From Candidatus Methanosuratincola verstraetei (GTDB lineage: Archaea > Thermoproteota > Methanomethylicia > Methanomethylicales > Methanomethylicaceae): a stretch of 64,000 nucleotides of DNA. Positions within the stretch are counted from its first letter, which is position 1. Every line of letters starts with the position of its first letter. The notes beneath the pieces are model-generated. The model was not told where the DNA came from. It saw only the letters and a program-made list of their open reading frames with translations, and did no database searches. The position numbers and the translations under genes are program-made. Of the stretch, positions 60,350 to 64,000 are shown one piece after another. The stretch covers positions 256,001-320,000 of the forward strand of contig CP186953.1 in NCBI GenBank assembly GCA_049570475.1, in the 5' to 3' direction.

Positions 60350-61267
60350 TCACCTATGCGCCCTCAGGTCCTCAATGAAAGCCACCGCTTCATCTTCAGG
60401 GGGCAGACCGAGGCATTCTGTTTTGCCATAGACAGGGAAGAAGAGCCGTTCTCCCGACAACGTGTAGTTGCCAATAAGCCCTTGCCCTTCAGGGCTTGTG
60501 ATGAAGAGAAGGAAGTCTATAGCATACCCGTACCTTATGTTCGGGTATCGAGAGGGGTTGAGCAGCACTAGGCTGTACGGGTTAAAGAGGGCAGGATCGC
60601 CTTCGCAGACCACTATCAGCTTGAGGGCATCACCCATCGATTCCTTGAGCTTGCAGAAGGTTGCCCTGTCGGTGATGGTATAGGCGCCGAGCTCGTTGGC
60701 AAGCCTCAGAGTTGCAGCCATCCCAGATCCTGCGGACTTGTACCAACCTGAGTTTTCATAGTCCCGGATCCCCGAGGCAGCCCACAGGCGCTTCTCAAGC
60801 GAATGCGTCCCGGAGCCGTCGCCTCGGGAGATGAAGAGTGCCGTCCCCGATCTGCCCGCATCCGCTATCCTCCCCATGCAGACTTTTGCATCCTGCGAGG
60901 AGGCCCTCGCCGGGTCCCCAATTGGACCGACCACAATGAAGTCATTGTAGAAGACGGTCACCCTCAGTGTGCCGTTCCCCGACGAGACAAACTGCTCTTC
61001 CCTCTCCCTATCATGTATCAGAAGTATATCGGCATCCCCCCTTGACGCGACTGCCATGGCTTGCCCAGTCCCCAGGGATATCCATGAAAGAGAGACCCCG
61101 TATTCAGCCTCGAAGTAGGGCTTGATGTAATCAATCAGCCCTGAGTCGGCAGTGCTGGTGGTCGTTGCGACAATAACCTTCTCGCCAGACGTGCCCAAGA
61201 AGGCAATGGAAAAAAGGACTGCGAGTATTGCTGCCGAAGCCAGAAGAGCCGCCTTGGAGGGATCCAC
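60350..61267 (-). CDS. tupA: Tungstate-binding protein
   Basis: ATTTS..DSG, GTGQA, SRGDGSGTH. Confidence 0.9.
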   Translation of the reverse strand: MDPSKAALLASAAILAVLFSIAFLGTSGEKVIVATTTSTADSGLIDYIKPYFEAEYGVSLSWISLGTGQAMAVASRGDADILLIHDREREEQFVSSGNGTLRVTVFYNDFIVVGPIGDPARASSQDAKVCMGRIADAGRSGTALFISRGDGSGTHSLEKRLWAASGIRDYENSGWYKSAGSGMAATLRLANELGAYTITDRATFCKLKESMGDALKLIVVCEGDPALFNPYSLVLLNPSRYPNIRYGYAIDFLLFITSPEGQGLIGNYTLSGERLFFPVYGKTECLGLPPEDEAVAFIEDLRAHR

Positions 61268-61288
61268 AACCTACACCACAGCGAATAC

Positions 61289-61312
61289 CGATATATTCTA
61301 GACAATATAACG
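61289..61312. promoter_or_regulatory. ModE-type operator CGATATATT-N6-AATATAACG
   Basis: 8/9 inverted repeat matching the ModE box pattern (CGnTATAT...ATATAnCG), between tupA and the ModE-like gene. Confidence 0.8.
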
Positions 61313-61348
61313 CTTACTGTTATATCCCTGATCTGCTGAGGATCACCC

Positions 61349-62386
61349 ATGGAGCCAAGGTTTCAGGTCTGGCTCGAAGAGGGCGGGAAGTACATCATAG
61401 GGGAGAAGGAAGCCAGGGTCCTGGAGGGGATAAGGAGCTACGGTTCGCTGATCGCGGCAGCAAAGTCAGCTGGAATGACATACGCTTACGCATGGAACTT
61501 AATCGAGGAGCTGTCTGCGAGGGTTGGAGAGGAGATGGTGGTGGCGAGGAGGGGCGGGGGGGACGGGGGAGGCACAGCTCTCACCGCAAAAGGGGAAGAG
61601 CTTCTTGAGAGGTACCTAGACCTCGAGGCGAGGGTGGGCAGCTACTTGGGGACAAGGACAAAGAGGGTCTTCCGAGAATTCAGGAGGTCGGATCTCGTAA
61701 TCGCAGGCAGCAGCTGCATTGGGGTAAAGCTGATCTCTGGCCTAATCAAGGGGGTCTCAGTCGAGGTCGCGGAGGTAGGATCCACGGCAGGGATCACCGC
61801 GGTGATGATAGGCGAGGCTGACCTCGCAGGGCTACACCTCTATGACGATGAGAGCGGGGAGTACAACACCCCCTTCATCAAGAGGTTCTGGCAGGCTGGT
61901 TCAGCTATACTGATTAAGGGATACCTGAGGGAGCAGGGGTTCATAGTCAAGAGAGGGAACCCCAAAGGGCTCTCGTCACTCAGGGATTTAGTGCAGAAGA
62001 GGTGCAGGATTGCAAACAGGAATGCAGGCTCGGGAACACGAAGCATCCTGGAGAGGCTGATCATCCAGGAGGGCATTGATCCAGCGGAACTAAGAGGTTA
62101 CGAACACGAGCTCAGGACGCATGAGGAGGTCGCAAAGGAAGTATACGAGGGCAGGGCGGACGCGGGCATCGGTTTGAGGGGGGCTGCGGAAGCACTCGGC
62201 CTCGGCTTCATAAAGATCTGCGATGAGGAATTCGACTTCGTGTGCGATAAGAGGAGGCTCCACAAAAAGGGGGTGCAGATCTTCATGAATGCCCTCCGTA
62301 GCGAAGAGTTCAGAGACCGGCTGGAGCAGGTGCCAGGACTCCGATGCACTCCGGAGACAGGCAGCATAATTGAGGTCAAGGGCTGA
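61349..62386 (+). CDS. ModE-like HTH fused to a periplasmic-binding-type (molybdate/tungstate) domain
   Basis: GSLIAAAK..GMTY..AW, RGGG..GG.LT; C-terminal GSTAG, REQG, NRNAGSGTR. Confidence 0.88.
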   Translation: MEPRFQVWLEEGGKYIIGEKEARVLEGIRSYGSLIAAAKSAGMTYAYAWNLIEELSARVGEEMVVARRGGGDGGGTALTAKGEELLERYLDLEARVGSYLGTRTKRVFREFRRSDLVIAGSSCIGVKLISGLIKGVSVEVAEVGSTAGITAVMIGEADLAGLHLYDDESGEYNTPFIKRFWQAGSAILIKGYLREQGFIVKRGNPKGLSSLRDLVQKRCRIANRNAGSGTRSILERLIIQEGIDPAELRGYEHELRTHEEVAKEVYEGRADAGIGLRGAAEALGLGFIKICDEEFDFVCDKRRLHKKGVQIFMNALRSEEFRDRLEQVPGLRCTPETGSIIEVKG

Positions 62387-62954
62387 TGCCCATGAACAGG
62401 GGGGTCACATAGGTCTCCATTATTGCGGCAGCGAATAGCAGGATTGCAGACAGCACGAAGAGCCTCACAGATTTTTCAAAATCATTCGATACCGAGAATT
62501 CGCTTTTCTTTATCTTGGACACAACCTTCTTTAGGACGGCGATCCCGAACCTGAACCCTGCCGCTGCTGCGATCACCAACGCAGGCATCTCAAAGATCCC
62601 GTGTGGCGCAAGCGCAGCAATCGCGGCCCACAAAGAGACTTCATTCGTCACGATCGTCCCGACCATCCCCAAGAGGTACCCATTAAGAAGGAGTATTGCG
62701 GCAGGCACGATGATCGCCGGAGAGAGGATGAAAGCCATCCCTGCGGTCAATAGATTCTTGAAGAACAGGAATACAACCGTGAAAGGCTGAAATGGCTTGT
62801 AGAATTGAAAGAGTGGCTCCAGTTGATCGATCAATGAGTTCGATCCACTAGACGCATCTACTGAAGATCCAGCAATGGCTCCAAATATCATTCCGGCTAG
62901 GAAAAGAATGGTTGCGACAGCCAAGTACTTGGCATTTTCATTTATAGGACGCAT
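62376..62954 (-). CDS. SpoIIM/DUF95 family membrane protein
   Basis: FFKN, LLNG, PHGIFE, AAIMET. Confidence 0.88.
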   Translation of the reverse strand: MRPINENAKYLAVATILFLAGMIFGAIAGSSVDASSGSNSLIDQLEPLFQFYKPFQPFTVVFLFFKNLLTAGMAFILSPAIIVPAAILLLNGYLLGMVGTIVTNEVSLWAAIAALAPHGIFEMPALVIAAAAGFRFGIAVLKKVVSKIKKSEFSVSNDFEKSVRLFVLSAILLFAAAIMETYVTPLFMGISP

Positions 62955-63228
62955 CGAAATCACTTGACAGAATTTCCTTGTGTTCAGGATGTTTTTTAAA
63001 GTATTCCAAGGCAAACGGGCAGACTGGCACTACCTTCAGCCCTTTCTCCCTTGCATAACTTATTGCCGCCTCGACCAGCCTCGCGCCGACTCCTTTCCCT
63101 CGGAACTCTTCCGGCGTATAAGTGGAATCAAGGAAAATCCGGCTGCCCTCGATATGGTAGGCCAGCTCGGCCGAGCTCTTTTTGGAGAGCCTTATCGTGA
63201 AGGCATCCCCCGTATTCTCCACTTCCAT
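62938..63228 (-). CDS. Small GNAT family protein (YjdJ-like)
   Basis: TYTPEEFRGKGVG, VVPVCPF. Confidence 0.88.
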   Translation of the reverse strand: MEVENTGDAFTIRLSKKSSAELAYHIEGSRIFLDSTYTPEEFRGKGVGARLVEAAISYAREKGLKVVPVCPFALEYFKKHPEHKEILSSDFDASYK

Positions 63229-63302
63229 TTTTTGCACCGTTGTTTTTATAGTGGGGCAACCAATAAAAATAGATTGCCTATGAAAACACCTCTGGTGATT
63301 TT

Positions 63303-63959
63303 ATGAAGATCATCTATCTTGGTCACGCAGGCTTTGGCATAGTTTTGGACGGGGTAAGCATTGTCGTCGACCCTTATATATCCAAAAACCCTTCTTCAAG
63401 GCTTGGATTGGCAGATGTTCCGAGAGCGGACATAGTCGCTGTCACTCACTCTCACTTCGACCATTTTGGGGATGCCGCGGAGATAGCAAAGCGGGATGGC
63501 TCATGCTTTGTGGCAGTGTATGACACCGTTGAGATTGCCGAGAGAGAAGGGGTGCTAAGAACAGAAGCAATGAACGTTGGGGGCTCTTGCATAGTCAAGG
63601 GCATTAAGATCGATTGCGTTCCAGCACTGCATACAGGGAATCCTTGCGGCTTCGTCTTCTCCGGGAAGGGGGGCAGGGTCTACCATGCAGGGGACACAGG
63701 GCTATTCGGTGACATGAAGCTGATAGGGGAGATCTGCAGACCGGATGTGGTCATGCTGCCCATAGGCGGAAGATTCACGATGGGACCCGAGGAGGCTGCG
63801 ATCGCCACGGGGCTAATTAGACCCAAAACAGTGATACCGATGCACTACAACACATTCGAGGCAATAAGGCAAGACCCGCACCGTTTCGCTTCGCTCGTCA
63901 AGGAGAGGTCGGATGCGAAGGTCATAATAATGAAGGAAGGCGACAGTATAGAGATCTAG
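63303..63959 (+). CDS. Metallo-beta-lactamase-fold hydrolase (UPF0173)
   Basis: LGHA, THSHFDH, YHAGDT, LPIGG, PMHY. Confidence 0.92.
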   Translation: MKIIYLGHAGFGIVLDGVSIVVDPYISKNPSSRLGLADVPRADIVAVTHSHFDHFGDAAEIAKRDGSCFVAVYDTVEIAEREGVLRTEAMNVGGSCIVKGIKIDCVPALHTGNPCGFVFSGKGGRVYHAGDTGLFGDMKLIGEICRPDVVMLPIGGRFTMGPEEAAIATGLIRPKTVIPMHYNTFEAIRQDPHRFASLVKERSDAKVIIMKEGDSIEI

Positions 63960-64000
63960 GGGCGGTACTCATGGTTGAAATGAGCAAAGATGAAAGGACC

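Noticed and set aside
63971-64000. Start of a further ORF at the window edge
   Set aside because: Only 10 codons are visible, so it cannot be assigned.
1-64000. tRNA/rRNA genes, transposases, integrases
   Set aside because: None recognisable by eye; a covariance-model search was not possible.

Overview
Gene-dense archaeal chromosome segment from the TACK/Thermoproteota side. The mix of eukaryote-like topoisomerase IB, ESCRT-III/Vps4 (Cdv), RadA, LysW-LysX and the methanogen-associated DUF2111 best fits Verstraetearchaeota/Methanomethylicia; this is inference, not a database result. Contents in order: the 3' end of topo IB; an Opp/Dpp ABC transporter; a 2-oxoacid:ferredoxin oxidoreductase with a small Cys-rich upstream ORF and a downstream nitrilase; SufS; a TrmB-type regulator divergent from a cdvB-cdvB-cdvC operon with no adjacent cdvA; lysW-lysX; a PadR-linked three-gene membrane Fe-S module; two aconitase-type large/small subunit plus dehydrogenase operons; radA; asd and aspartokinase; nikR; an AT-richer complete type I-A CRISPR-Cas locus (39 repeats of 37 bp, 38 spacers); a third ESCRT-III paralog; serS; and a tupABC-type tungstate transporter with a ModE-like regulator and a clear ModE box. 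The most unusual observation is an apparently split ThiI/TtuI tRNA thiolase: a THUMP-less Fe-S catalytic gene converges on a THUMP-bearing gene whose catalytic motifs are lost. Other leads are the TrmB-ESCRT divergon, the PadR/NapH-like module and several non-random features of the CRISPR spacers. Start codons were adjusted by eye where the ORF track appeared over-extended.
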